From positions 32,001 through 96,000 of the forward strand of contig JAZDKB010000010.1 of the NCBI GenBank assembly GCA_043803405.1: DNA of 64,000 bases, in the 5' to 3' direction. Below are positions 28,671 through 39,104 of this stretch, in pieces. Origin of the DNA: Spirochaetota bacterium (GTDB lineage: Bacteria > Spirochaetota > UBA4802 > JAFGDQ01). The notes under the pieces are model-generated. The model had not been told where the DNA came from. It searched no databases and saw only the letters and a program-made list of their open reading frames with translations. Every line of letters begins with the position of its first letter. The first letter of the stretch is position 1. The position numbers were made by a program, and so were the translations under genes.

Positions 28671-30635
28671 TTATTCATACCTCAGGGCTTCTATGGGATT
28701 AAGCCTTGAAGCCTGAACTGCCGGGTAAAAGCCGAAGCAAATGCCAACGAGAACCGAAAAACCGGAAGACATGAGAATTGAGAAGAGAGAGACTTTCGCA
28801 GTCCAGCCTGCGATCGCAGACAAAAGCGCGGAAATGCCTGCGCCTAAAAGTATGCCTGCTATTCCGCCTGTAAGGGTCATAAGCGCGGATTCAATGAGAA
28901 ACTGCACAAGGATATCGGTCCTGCGCGCCCCGATCGCTTTTCGAAGCCCGATCTCCTTTGTGCGCTCCTTGACAGACACGAGCATAATGTTCATAATGCC
29001 GATGCCGCCTACTATGAGGGATATTGCGGCGACCGACCCGAGCAGTATGCTGAAAGTCCTTGTAGTGCTTGTCATCATTTCCCTGATCTCAGTTGTGTCC
29101 CGAACTTCAAACGAATCCTCCTTATCCGGACTAAGGCGGTGGCGTTTAATGATAAGCTCTTTAATGGATGATGTGGCGCTGTTTATATACGACTGGTCTT
29201 TTACTTCAACGTCAATTGCATCAAGGTATATTTTCCCGAGAAGCCTGTACATGGCCGTAGAAACAGGCACAACTATAATATCGTCCTGATCCCTGAAAAA
29301 TGAAGTGCCTCTCTTGGGAAGCACTCCGATTACAATAAAATTGGTTTTGTTTATCTTGATCTCTTTGCCTACAGGATATATATCGCCGAATAACTGTTTG
29401 ACTACTGTAGTACCAACCAGGGCGACCTTTTTCCTGGCACGCACCTCACTCTCGTCGAAAAAACGCCCGATTTCCGGCTTCGCGTTTCTCATGGATTCGT
29501 ACTGAGAGCCGACTCCTTGAATGCTAGTGTTCCAGTTCTTATTCATAAAAACGAGCTGGCCGCGTCCGCCGACAGTAGGCGAAACATTTTTAACTTCTTT
29601 TAGCAGAGCTATTTCCTTTGCGTCCTGCATTTCAATCCTGGTAACTGCTCCAGCTTCAAGTGAAATACCATGCTGCCTGTGCGATCCCGGCCTCACCATA
29701 AGAATATTCGATCCCAGAGAACTTAATCTTTCCGTAACGGATTCCTGCGCTCCCTGACCCAGAGCCATCATGGAAATTACTGCTGCAACGCCTATAAGTA
29801 TTCCAAGCATGGACAGCAGCGAACGCAATTTATGAGTTATAATGGACATCATTGCCTGGCGGATGTAGTCCATAAATTCAGCCTGTCCGAAGGATGTATT
29901 CGTTTTCGATAGAGCTTCATTGATCAGACGAGTATCTGTTTCAATTTTACCCTGACTGCCGGATTTCCCTTTTCGTTTATCGGAAATGATCCGGCCGTCA
30001 CGCATTCGAATGATACGCTTAGCGTGTCTTGCGATTTCATCCTCGTGCGTAACCATAATAATCGTTTTCCCACCGGCGTTCAGACGGTCAAGGATGGCAA
30101 GTATTTCCTGTTCGCTCTTTGTATCGAGGTTGCCTGTAGGCTCATCTGCAAAAACTATCAGGGGTTCGTTTACCATAGAGCGTGCAATTGCCACTCTCTG
30201 CTGTTCGCCGCCGGACATTTCGTTAGGAGAATGAGTCTCTCTGTGAGCAAGCCCGACGTCCCTTATCTTTTCTTTTGCAACATGTTTCATGTCCCTTTTG
30301 CCGGCATATACGAGCGGCAGCTCGGCATTACCGAGCGCAGTCATCCTGGGCAGAAGGTGGAATTGCTGAAACACAAATCCAGCAATATGGTTACGCAAAA
30401 TCGACAATTCATCATCTTTAAGATTGGAGATATCTTTACCTAGAAGAAGATATGTCCCTGAATCCGGCTTATCTAGAAAACCGAGTATATTCAACATGGT
30501 CGATTTTCCAGATCCGGACGCACCCATAATAGCTACAAACTCGCCTGCTTCTATTTTAAGGGAAACATTGTCAAGAGCCTTGAATTCGACAAGTCCGGTT
30601 TTATAAATCTTATTTATATTTTTTAATTCTATCAT
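28671..30635 (-). CDS. macB: MacB family ABC exporter, ATPase-permease fusion
   Basis: GASGSGKST, MSGGEQQRVAIAR, ADEPTGNLD, GGIGIMNIMLVSVKERTKEIG; likely start MIELK at 30635. Confidence 0.92.
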   Translation of the reverse strand: MIELKNINKIYKTGLVEFKALDNVSLKIEAGEFVAIMGASGSGKSTMLNILGFLDKPDSGTYLLLGKDISNLKDDELSILRNHIAGFVFQQFHLLPRMTALGNAELPLVYAGKRDMKHVAKEKIRDVGLAHRETHSPNEMSGGEQQRVAIARSMVNEPLIVFADEPTGNLDTKSEQEILAILDRLNAGGKTIIMVTHEDEIARHAKRIIRMRDGRIISDKRKGKSGSQGKIETDTRLINEALSKTNTSFGQAEFMDYIRQAMMSIITHKLRSLLSMLGILIGVAAVISMMALGQGAQESVTERLSSLGSNILMVRPGSHRQHGISLEAGAVTRIEMQDAKEIALLKEVKNVSPTVGGRGQLVFMNKNWNTSIQGVGSQYESMRNAKPEIGRFFDESEVRARKKVALVGTTVVKQLFGDIYPVGKEIKINKTNFIVIGVLPKRGTSFFRDQDDIIVVPVSTAMYRLLGKIYLDAIDVEVKDQSYINSATSSIKELIIKRHRLSPDKEDSFEVRDTTEIREMMTSTTRTFSILLGSVAAISLIVGGIGIMNIMLVSVKERTKEIGLRKAIGARRTDILVQFLIESALMTLTGGIAGILLGAGISALLSAIAGWTAKVSLFSILMSSGFSVLVGICFGFYPAVQASRLNPIEALRYE

Positions 30636-30642
30636 ATTCCAG

Positions 30643-31599
30643 TTATTTTTTTCTTTGCGGCAAAAAAGGACTGCTTGTATTTTTTTCTTCGGAAGAAACA
30701 AGTTTCTTTTGTATAATGACGATTTTCTCTTTACCTGTCAGACCGGATACAATTTCCACATTCTGCTCATCGCTTAGGCCTGTCTTAATTTCCTTTTTCT
30801 CCGTTTGTTGGGCGTTATTATCAGTACTTACAAGTACGTATGTCCGGTCATTGTGTATAATAGCTTCATCAGCCAAAAGCAAAACATTCTTTTTAATATT
30901 ATCAAAGATATTTATATTTGCGCTCATTCCGGATTTGTATACAGGAGGAACTTTGTCCGGAACAATCTGGACTTCGTATGTCGTTACGTTATTTACTGTA
31001 GTTGATTCATATTTAATAAGAGCAACGCGTCCGTCAACTTTTACTTCCGGGTATGCATCCAGCGTTATTTCGGCAGCCTGGCCTTTTTTCACCCTGCCTA
31101 TATCGGTTTCATCTACGTTTGCTTTAATGATAAGCCTGTCGGATAAAACAAGTATTGCAGTTGCAGTAGTGGCTGTCTGTCCCGGCTCCACTGCGCGTAC
31201 AATTACGGTCCCGGTAATAGGTGCAACAAGAGGAATAGGCTTATAAACTTCTTCCCAGTATTTTAGCTGGGACCCGCCTTGCGACCGCGCGGCGTCTATA
31301 AGAGCTGCCCTGTCAGTGGAACTCATCCAGATGAGAGTCTGTCCGGTGTTTACATGATCTCCTTCTTTAACAAGAATACTCTCAACCCTGCCGCTTATCG
31401 GAGGTTTGATCTCAAGCCTGTTCTGGGGAAGGATAGTCCCTGTTGTCGATACGAATGTTTTAATAGTGCCGTAATGAGGATAAATGATTTTTTTGCTGAC
31501 AGCAGGCGCTTTTTTACTTTTAAAAATAAAGATTATACCTGCGGCTATTATTATACAAATTATAATAATAAAAACAATTTTTCCTTTTTTATTCGCCAT
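30643..31599 (-). CDS. macA: MacA-like periplasmic adaptor (membrane fusion protein)
   Basis: TM anchor, IKPPISGRV.....KEGD.V, APITGTV, VDETDIGRV, GMSAN. Confidence 0.85.
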   Translation of the reverse strand: MANKKGKIVFIIIICIIIAAGIIFIFKSKKAPAVSKKIIYPHYGTIKTFVSTTGTILPQNRLEIKPPISGRVESILVKEGDHVNTGQTLIWMSSTDRAALIDAARSQGGSQLKYWEEVYKPIPLVAPITGTVIVRAVEPGQTATTATAILVLSDRLIIKANVDETDIGRVKKGQAAEITLDAYPEVKVDGRVALIKYESTTVNNVTTYEVQIVPDKVPPVYKSGMSANINIFDNIKKNVLLLADEAIIHNDRTYVLVSTDNNAQQTEKKEIKTGLSDEQNVEIVSGLTGKEKIVIIQKKLVSSEEKNTSSPFLPQRKK

Positions 31600-32863
31600 A
31601 ATTCAGAATCCCCCCCTTTGCCTGTATCCATTCAGCTTCAGCCGTAAGTGCATTAACTTCCGCTTCCAGAAAATTTTTCTTAATACTCACAAGATTATCC
31701 TGAATGGTGATCCAGTTGTCGAATACGATTGAACCGATTGAATACAGGGCGTCGGATATTACAGCCCGCTCTTCCGCAGCTTTTAAAAATTTCAACTGAA
31801 CATTTACCAGTTCAAAATTGTTTTGAAGATTATTCCATTTTTGCTCCAGCGTTAATATAACCGAACTGCGGGTGCTTTTTTCATCAGCAATAAGCTGCTT
31901 ATTATATGCCCGTGCGTTCCCGGACTCGTAATAATTTTTGCCTCCCTGGAACAGGTTTAGCGACATTTCCACTCCTGCCGAAAGCTGGCTGTTTTCAGGC
32001 GGCCATTTGGAACCAGTCCTCTCTGCGCTTAGCTGCCCGTAAATTTTAGGCGCATTATCCATATCCGCAGATTTTATGCTGTACTCCGATGACCGGCGCT
32101 TGCTGACTATTTTTAATACCGACGGATTTGTTCCCGCTATTGCCGTAATATCCGGCTTCTCCTTTTCCGCCTTTGCAATAAGATTATCCTTTACTTTAAG
32201 CGGTTTAAATTCCTTTAAGCCCATTTGTTTAAGAAGACTCTGCTGCGCAACTATAACATTTCTGCCGGATTGAGAAATCTCATATTCAGCCTGTGCCAGG
32301 TTTGCTTCTGAAGTCAAAAGAGAGCCCTTGTTTTCCAGGCCTGCCTTGTACCGCATCTGCACCAGCTCAAAATTCTTTTTCCTAATTGCCGCAATTTCCT
32401 TTGATATTGCCGAAAGTTCCTGGGCGCGTAAAAGCTGTATAAAAGCGTTTCTTAGACTGAGCCGTACAGTTGAAGAAGTAACCTGATAATCATAATCGGA
32501 TGCCTCAAGTTCTTTCTTTGAACTTTGCAGATCGTAATGGGATTTTGCTCCGTCAAAAAGGAGCTGCTTTCCGGTAACGCCGTAAGAATAACTGTCCGAC
32601 CGGATATTGCTTCGCGTGTCTGTGCCGGTTTTGGATGTCGAAGCACCCGCGCTCGCATCTACCTTAGGCAAAAGGCCGCTTCGCGTAATTCCGACATTCG
32701 CTTTTGCCTGGCTCACTTTCTCTGCAGCAGACTGAATGTCCGGATTATTCTCCTCTGCTATTTTAACACAGTCAGCCCATGTTAATATTTCCTCAGCCTT
32801 GAGGCAATATGAGAAGAAAAGGCAGATCAGGAAAAAAATGAATTTTGAATATTTATTAAGCAT
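31589..32863 (-). CDS. TolC family outer membrane efflux protein
   Basis: Signal peptide, ENNPDI, LLPKVD, LFDG, two OEP-like repeats; operon with macAB. Confidence 0.85.
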   Translation of the reverse strand: MLNKYSKFIFFLICLFFSYCLKAEEILTWADCVKIAEENNPDIQSAAEKVSQAKANVGITRSGLLPKVDASAGASTSKTGTDTRSNIRSDSYSYGVTGKQLLFDGAKSHYDLQSSKKELEASDYDYQVTSSTVRLSLRNAFIQLLRAQELSAISKEIAAIRKKNFELVQMRYKAGLENKGSLLTSEANLAQAEYEISQSGRNVIVAQQSLLKQMGLKEFKPLKVKDNLIAKAEKEKPDITAIAGTNPSVLKIVSKRRSSEYSIKSADMDNAPKIYGQLSAERTGSKWPPENSQLSAGVEMSLNLFQGGKNYYESGNARAYNKQLIADEKSTRSSVILTLEQKWNNLQNNFELVNVQLKFLKAAEERAVISDALYSIGSIVFDNWITIQDNLVSIKKNFLEAEVNALTAEAEWIQAKGGILNYGE

Positions 32864-33099
32864 ATCATTAAAATATCAGGAATAATATTTACTGTTTATA
32901 AACAACAGCAGCAAAGAGCGCCTGGTAAACATTTTATTTTTTAATTTCGCGCCCTCTGCTGCCTTTTCAAAATATTTATACGGTTTTTTTATGGTTACTA
33001 TCTTAGACCCTTTTATTTGAAAAAACGTTCCAAAAATATTTGCTTTACTTTGTTTAATGAAATTCGCCGGAGCGATATATTACGCCTATAAATAAAAAA

Positions 33100-33446
33100 C
33101 AGGAGGGGATCATAAGCCGAATTCTGTCTATGCAGCCATCCATCTTGTATTCGCGTTACCGCGAATTTCTTTGCGATCTACCCACAGCCTGGGACGGGCA
33201 GCCCTTAAGCGGCTGTATATTTGATCTTGCACCGGACGGGGTTTACAATGCCGTCTCCCTCTCGGGAGGCGCGGTGAGCTCTTGCCTCGCCATTTCACCC
33301 TTACCCGTTTCCGGGCGGTATATTTTCTGTTGCACTTTCCATCGCCTCGCGGCGCCCGGGTGTTGCCCGGCATCCTGCCCTGCGGTGTTCGGACTTTCCT
33401 CGCTGTCCGCAAAAGCGAACCCGCGTGGCTGCTCGATCCCCTCCTG
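33100..33446 (-). ncRNA. rnpB: RNase P RNA (bacterial type A)
   Basis: Minus strand GAGGAAAGTCC near 5' end, AGTGCAACAGAAA, GGGTGAAA, TAAACCCC, ACAGAATTCGGCTTA near 3' end; terminal P1 helix CAGGAGGGGATC/GATCCCCTCCTG. Confidence 0.97.
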
Positions 33447-33640
33447 TCGGAAAACATTAAAAAGCTTAATCGTAAAAAAGAATAGCATTTTTTAGTTTGA
33501 TGACTAATTTATCAATATAATTAAATTTGCTTAATTTTACATAAATAGCTATAATTAACTTGCCCAATAAAACAGGATAAATATATTAGTTTATCGATCA
33601 TGAATCTCTTACTTCATAAAAGCATTAAAATTTAATAATT

Positions 33641-34432
33641 ATGACAATATCACAATCAAATAACGATTTTTTAACAATAGCAGGCAGAAAATTTACATCA
33701 CGGCTTTTTTTAGGTACAGGCAAATTCGCTTCTATCGATATAATGAAAAAAGCGATTGCGGCATCCGGAACAGAAATGGTAACTGTAGCCTTGCGCAGAG
33801 TCGATCTCGATAATCCGGAAGACAATCTTCTGGGTGCTGTAATTGAGCAGAAAAACATTCAGCTTTTGCCGAACACATCGGGAGCAAGAGACGCGGACGA
33901 AGCAGTAAGGCTCGCAATGCTGGCGAGAAAAATGGGATGCGGGAACTGGCTTAAACTCGAAGTTACTCCCGACCCGCGGTATCTTTTACCGGACCCGATT
34001 GAAACGCTAAAAGCAGCGGAAAAGCTTGTTAAAGAAGGATTTATTGTCCTTCCATATATCAATGCCGATCCCGTACTTGCAAAAAAACTTGAAGAAGTAG
34101 GATGCGCCACAGTAATGCCTCTGGGATCTCCAATAGGCACAAACAAAGGGCTTAAAACGCTCGACAATATAAAAATAATACTTGAAATTTCAAATATACC
34201 TGTAGTAGTAGACGCAGGGCTTGGCTGGCCGTCGCATGCCGCAGCTGCAATGGAAGCCGGAGCGGATGCTGTGCTTGTCAATACTGCGATCGCAACTGCA
34301 AAGGACCCTGTTTTAATGGGCAGCGCCTTTAAAAAAGGCGTCGAAGCAGGAAGAGAAGCATTCCTTGCAGGCGTCTCAAAGATCAGCGATACAGCAAAAG
34401 CATCCAGCCCTTTAACAGGTTTTTTAAGATAA
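33641..34432 (+). CDS. thiG: Thiazole synthase
   Basis: [42 protein letters not shown]. Confidence 0.95.
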   Translation: MTISQSNNDFLTIAGRKFTSRLFLGTGKFASIDIMKKAIAASGTEMVTVALRRVDLDNPEDNLLGAVIEQKNIQLLPNTSGARDADEAVRLAMLARKMGCGNWLKLEVTPDPRYLLPDPIETLKAAEKLVKEGFIVLPYINADPVLAKKLEEVGCATVMPLGSPIGTNKGLKTLDNIKIILEISNIPVVVDAGLGWPSHAAAAMEAGADAVLVNTAIATAKDPVLMGSAFKKGVEAGREAFLAGVSKISDTAKASSPLTGFLR

Positions 34433-34491
34433 ATATTCTTCCCTGTCAGCTCCATCGCTTATCATCTATTTTAGAATTAACAATAAATTTT

Positions 34492-35601
34492 ATGTTTGAA
34501 GATATCCTGAATAGATATTCGTGGGAATCGGTTAAAGAACAAATATATTATTCTTCAAAAGAAGATGTAAAATCTGCGATCGATAAAGAACGGAAAAACC
34601 CGGAAGATATTTTTGCTTTGCTGTCTCCGGCCGCCGATACTTTTCTGGAAGAACTTGCTTTAGCATCGCAAGCAATAACAAGGCAAAGATTCGGCAATAT
34701 TATACAGTTATACGCTCCGTTGTACATTTCGAACGAGTGCCAGAATTCCTGTGTCTATTGCGGATTTAACAGGCATAATGATATTAAAAGGATCACCCTT
34801 TCCGGCGAAGATGTTGAGAAGGAAACCGATATTCTTTATCAGAGAGGGTTCAGGCATATTCTGCTGGTAACAGGCGAAAACAGACACGCAGTCTCGCCTC
34901 TGGATTTATCCTTAATTGCAAAATCCATTCACGGCAAATTCGCTTCTGTTTCAATAGAGGTTTATCCTCTGGATTCCGATGAATACAAGTTAATGGTAAA
35001 ATCCGGTATTGACGGCATCGCTCTTTACCAGGAAACTTACAATAAATCGCAATACGAAGCAGTCCATCCATCGGGTAAGAAAAAAGATTACTTATGGCGG
35101 CTGCATGGCCCTGAAAGAGCAGGCAGTGCAGGTTTCAGAAAAATAGGAATAGGCATACTATTAGGACTTTCGGACTGGAGGGTAGACGGATCTTTCATGG
35201 CTCTTCATGCGTATTACCTTACAAAGAAATACTGGACAAGCCAGATACAGATATCCTTCCCGCGCATCAGGGATGCTCATGGCGGCTACGCACCTCCTTT
35301 TCCTGTAAGAAACTCTGAGCTGGCGCATCTGATCTTTGCCATGCGTATCATTCTGCCGGATTCCGGGCTTCTCCTGTCCACCAGGGAGTCGCAGCATTTC
35401 AGGGACAACATTATGCCCCTGGGCATAACTATGATGAGCGCAGGTTCAAGAACAGAACCCGGCGGTTATTCCAATCCGGAAGCAAATGCTCAGCAGTTTT
35501 CAATCGATGACGACAGATCCCCTGATGAGATAGCCGGCGTTATTGCGCAGAAGGGATTTGATCCTGTCTGGAAAGACTGGGACAGATCATATTTGAGCTA
35601 A
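34492..35601 (+). CDS. thiH: 2-iminoacetate synthase (tyrosine lyase, radical SAM)
   Basis: APLYISNECQNSCVYCGF, YQETY, ISFPR, LSTRE, SAGSRTEPGGY, WKDWD. Confidence 0.93.
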   Translation: MFEDILNRYSWESVKEQIYYSSKEDVKSAIDKERKNPEDIFALLSPAADTFLEELALASQAITRQRFGNIIQLYAPLYISNECQNSCVYCGFNRHNDIKRITLSGEDVEKETDILYQRGFRHILLVTGENRHAVSPLDLSLIAKSIHGKFASVSIEVYPLDSDEYKLMVKSGIDGIALYQETYNKSQYEAVHPSGKKKDYLWRLHGPERAGSAGFRKIGIGILLGLSDWRVDGSFMALHAYYLTKKYWTSQIQISFPRIRDAHGGYAPPFPVRNSELAHLIFAMRIILPDSGLLLSTRESQHFRDNIMPLGITMMSAGSRTEPGGYSNPEANAQQFSIDDDRSPDEIAGVIAQKGFDPVWKDWDRSYLS

Positions 35602-35796
35602 ATAAATAATTATAAATTTTGAAATAAAACCGATAAATAATTATAACGTTCTCCTTTTTTTCCTTTTATATAATAGACTTGTTGTGTAACTCAATAAAAT
35701 TGTTATCTTTATTGAGAAATAATATGGTTTCCACCGACCGGTGGATGAAAACCAGTTTTGCAATAAGCCTATTCCTCAATTAAAAATAAATACTAT

Positions 35797-38394
35797 ATGA
35801 ACCGAAAAGATAAAAGATCCCAGGTAAGAACGTCTTCAATTATTTTTGAAGAAATAGTCAAAATATCAGATCAGCAAAATTTTTTATCTCATCACATAAA
35901 TGAAATTTATGAATTTATCTGCGAAAATTCGGATGAATTTATATGTATACTCTCATCCGGCGGAAAAATCATTTATCAAAACTCCGCCTTTAATAAACTG
36001 GGATACGGAGAGAAAGCTCTTATTGGAAATAACTATATAGATTTTTTACATACCGAGGATATTGAACCTTTCAGTAATTTATTAATAGATCTGGCTGATC
36101 AGAAAAGAAATATTTCTTTGCATGAAAATCAGCTGACACTGTACTCCCGCTTCGTATTAAAGTCGGGGGAATGGATTGAACTCAAAAGCAATTTACATAT
36201 ATTGAAAGAACAACCAGATCAGTTTGCTGTATTGATAATCTCCAGGGATATTACGGACAGCAAACAATCAATTAACGAAATAAAAGAATGGACAGATACT
36301 TTCGACACTTTTGTTGCAAAATTTGACATTAATGGTTTTATGATCTTCTGCAACGCTTCTCTTCTAAATTTAGCCGGCGTTTCGGAGTCCGATTTGTTTG
36401 GAAAGTATTTTCCCGATACCAGGCTTTTTTCCCATTCAAAAATCGAAAAGCTGAAAATTGTAAGATGCCTTAATAATTCAAAAGCATATTTACCAAGCCG
36501 CATAGAGTGCACATTTCTTGGAGCCGGCAACAGGCATATACCGGCTATATTTAATTGCCAGCCCGTAATAGATGAAACGGGTGATATTAAATATATAACA
36601 GGCGAAGGGAAAACAATTATGGAGGAAATTCTGCTCAGGGATAAACTCCTTGAAGCAAATTCCAATCTGGAAAAACGCATTAATGAACGAACAGCTCAAA
36701 TAATAAAAATAAATAAGGAACTTAATGAAGATATAAAAAAACGAAGAATTGCGGAAAATAAAAATATCGGTCTGGCCGCCTTTCCAAGAGAGAGCCCGCA
36801 CCCTATAGTCTCGTGCAATACTGACGGAAATATCATATATATAAATCCTGCAGTCCAGAATCTGGTCGAAGGACTTGGACTGGATTCGCCGGTCTGCATT
36901 TTGCCTGAAAACCATAACGAGCTTATCAAGCAATGTTTTGACGATTTAAAAAGCTACAATAATCTCGAAAGAAGGATCAAGGGCCACGTCTTTTCATGGA
37001 CATATAATCCTATACCGGATATCGCCATGATTCATTTACACGGCCTGGATGTTACAGATCAGAAATATTTTGAAGAAAAACTTTTACATGATACATTGCA
37101 CGACAACCTTACAGGCCTTCCAAACAGATCTTTTTTTTATGATACGCTTTTAAGATCCATTAAAATTGCCCAGAGAAGGAACGATTATCATTTTGCGGTA
37201 TTATTTATGGATATGGGCAAATTCAAGGTTATTAATGACAGTATGGGACATTTAACAGGAGATAAAGTGCTTGTTGAGGTAGCCGGGAGATTGTCGTCAT
37301 GTCTGCGTCCCGAAGATATGGCAGCCAGGTTCGGGGGCGATGAGTTCACAATTCTCCTTAATAATATTATGGATGCAAATGATCCTGTTCGCGTTACCGA
37401 GCGCATTCACAAGAATTTATCTCTTCCGCTTCTTATTGAAGGCCATGAAATTATTCCTTCTGCAAGCATAGGCATAGCTCTCAGTTCGCACGATTACACG
37501 AAACCGGAAGATATTATAAGAGATGCCAACACCGCAATGTACAAGGCAAAAGCTGAAGGAACATCCCGTTATGTAATTTTCAATAATACTATGAACAAAC
37601 AGGCAATTAAACTGCTGGAGCTGGAAAACAACCTTCAGTATGCCCTTGCAAGCAAGGAATTCTGCATTTATTATCAGCCTATCGTTTCTTTTGATACCGG
37701 CAGAATAGCCGGTTTCGAAGCTCTTCTCCGTTGGCAGCATCCGAAACGCGGGCTGATACTGCCCGACGATTTTTTACCAATGATCGAAGAAACCGGCCAG
37801 ATTGTCCCTATAGGCGAGTGGTCAATCAGAAAAGCCTGCAGTCAGCTCCGCACCTGGCACAAAAAATATAGCTCCCATCAGCATCTTTTTATAAGCATAA
37901 ACCTGTCTGCAAGACAATTCATTCAGAACGATATAATTACCAAAATAGCAAAAATACTGGAAGATGAAAATATTTATCCGGGTTATTTGAACCTTGAAAT
38001 TACCGAAAGCGTTATAATGGGCAATTACAAAAAAATAAACTCAATGCTTTCGGAACTCAATAAAATGGACATTCAAATAGCAATCGATAATTTCGGGATC
38101 GGTTACACTTCGTTAAATAATTTACATCAATTCCCTATTCACGCCTTAAAAATAGACCGTTCATTTATTTCAGCTATAAACGGCAATGAACAATCATTGG
38201 TGCTGCCTCAAATAATCATCAACCTTGGGCAACAGCTGGAAATCGATGTTGTTGCAGAAGGCATTGAAACAGATTTACAGTACGATCAGCTCAGAAAACT
38301 CGATTGCCCGTTCGGACAGGGAAATTATTTTTCAGAGCCTGTAGATAGTAAAAACGCAGAACTGTTAATTATGAATAATCCGGTATGGAAATGA
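35797..38394 (+). CDS. PAS-GGDEF-EAL c-di-GMP metabolising protein
   Basis: PAS domains, HDNLTGLPNR, RFGGDEF, GFEALLRW, LEITES, LKIDRSF, VAEGIE. Confidence 0.92.
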   Translation: MNRKDKRSQVRTSSIIFEEIVKISDQQNFLSHHINEIYEFICENSDEFICILSSGGKIIYQNSAFNKLGYGEKALIGNNYIDFLHTEDIEPFSNLLIDLADQKRNISLHENQLTLYSRFVLKSGEWIELKSNLHILKEQPDQFAVLIISRDITDSKQSINEIKEWTDTFDTFVAKFDINGFMIFCNASLLNLAGVSESDLFGKYFPDTRLFSHSKIEKLKIVRCLNNSKAYLPSRIECTFLGAGNRHIPAIFNCQPVIDETGDIKYITGEGKTIMEEILLRDKLLEANSNLEKRINERTAQIIKINKELNEDIKKRRIAENKNIGLAAFPRESPHPIVSCNTDGNIIYINPAVQNLVEGLGLDSPVCILPENHNELIKQCFDDLKSYNNLERRIKGHVFSWTYNPIPDIAMIHLHGLDVTDQKYFEEKLLHDTLHDNLTGLPNRSFFYDTLLRSIKIAQRRNDYHFAVLFMDMGKFKVINDSMGHLTGDKVLVEVAGRLSSCLRPEDMAARFGGDEFTILLNNIMDANDPVRVTERIHKNLSLPLLIEGHEIIPSASIGIALSSHDYTKPEDIIRDANTAMYKAKAEGTSRYVIFNNTMNKQAIKLLELENNLQYALASKEFCIYYQPIVSFDTGRIAGFEALLRWQHPKRGLILPDDFLPMIEETGQIVPIGEWSIRKACSQLRTWHKKYSSHQHLFISINLSARQFIQNDIITKIAKILEDENIYPGYLNLEITESVIMGNYKKINSMLSELNKMDIQIAIDNFGIGYTSLNNLHQFPIHALKIDRSFISAINGNEQSLVLPQIIINLGQQLEIDVVAEGIETDLQYDQLRKLDCPFGQGNYFSEPVDSKNAELLIMNNPVWK

Positions 38395-38457
38395 GTTTAC
38401 TTGTTATTTACAGTTTAAGATGTGACAGTGCCACTTGAACAAAATTATGGCATATTC

Positions 38458-39030
38458 TTATTCTGTTTTTATAAAAATAGACAGCGAGTTTTTTGCGTAT
38501 CTTTTTGTGCCTGAATATTTAAAATCTAAAGATTCAATATTTAAACGGACATTACTTAAATGTTGAATTATAATTTTCCCGTCTTTCTTCAATATGTCAT
38601 ATTTCCTTAATTCACTTAAAATCTCCTCATATAATTCCGTATTATTTTTATCGCGTAAATAAGGCGCATCAATAAAGATACAATCGAATTTATATTCCTT
38701 CGAAGCGCAGTATCTCATGCATCTGAACGAATGAAAACCGAGGATATGAGCTGCGTCATCTTTCAATGCATCAATTACCGATTTAATGAAATGAAACCTT
38801 TTTTTGTCGATTTCATTGAATACAACAAACTCGGCTCCCCTGCTCAATGCTTCAATGCCCATCTGTCCCGAACACGCGTAAAGATCGAGAAAAGATTTGC
38901 CTTCCAGGTCTTCACCTAGAATAGAGAAAACAGCTTTCTTTATTTTCTGCGGAGTGGCATTCGCATTATCGAATTTTTCGTTCCCGAACGGAATATCTTT
39001 ATTCTTGTATTTGCCTGATATTACTCTCAT
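38458..39030 (-). CDS. rsmD: RsmD family 16S rRNA (guanine966-N2) methyltransferase
   Basis: MRVISGKYK, LDLYACSGQMGIEALSRGA, IFIDAPY. Confidence 0.8.
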   Translation of the reverse strand: MRVISGKYKNKDIPFGNEKFDNANATPQKIKKAVFSILGEDLEGKSFLDLYACSGQMGIEALSRGAEFVVFNEIDKKRFHFIKSVIDALKDDAAHILGFHSFRCMRYCASKEYKFDCIFIDAPYLRDKNNTELYEEILSELRKYDILKKDGKIIIQHLSNVRLNIESLDFKYSGTKRYAKNSLSIFIKTE

Positions 39031-39104
39031 TTTTTTATGTTGATTTATTTTTTTAGTATTACTTCAATATAGTATAAATAATTTTACAAGAACAACTTAT
39101 TTAA

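Noticed and set aside
30636..30701. N-terminal extension of macB in the ORF track
   Set aside because: Overlaps macA; the ABC domain begins at MIELK (30635).
33128..33495. Several 60-120 aa ORFs on both strands
   Set aside because: They overlap the GC-rich RNase P RNA gene and have no protein features.
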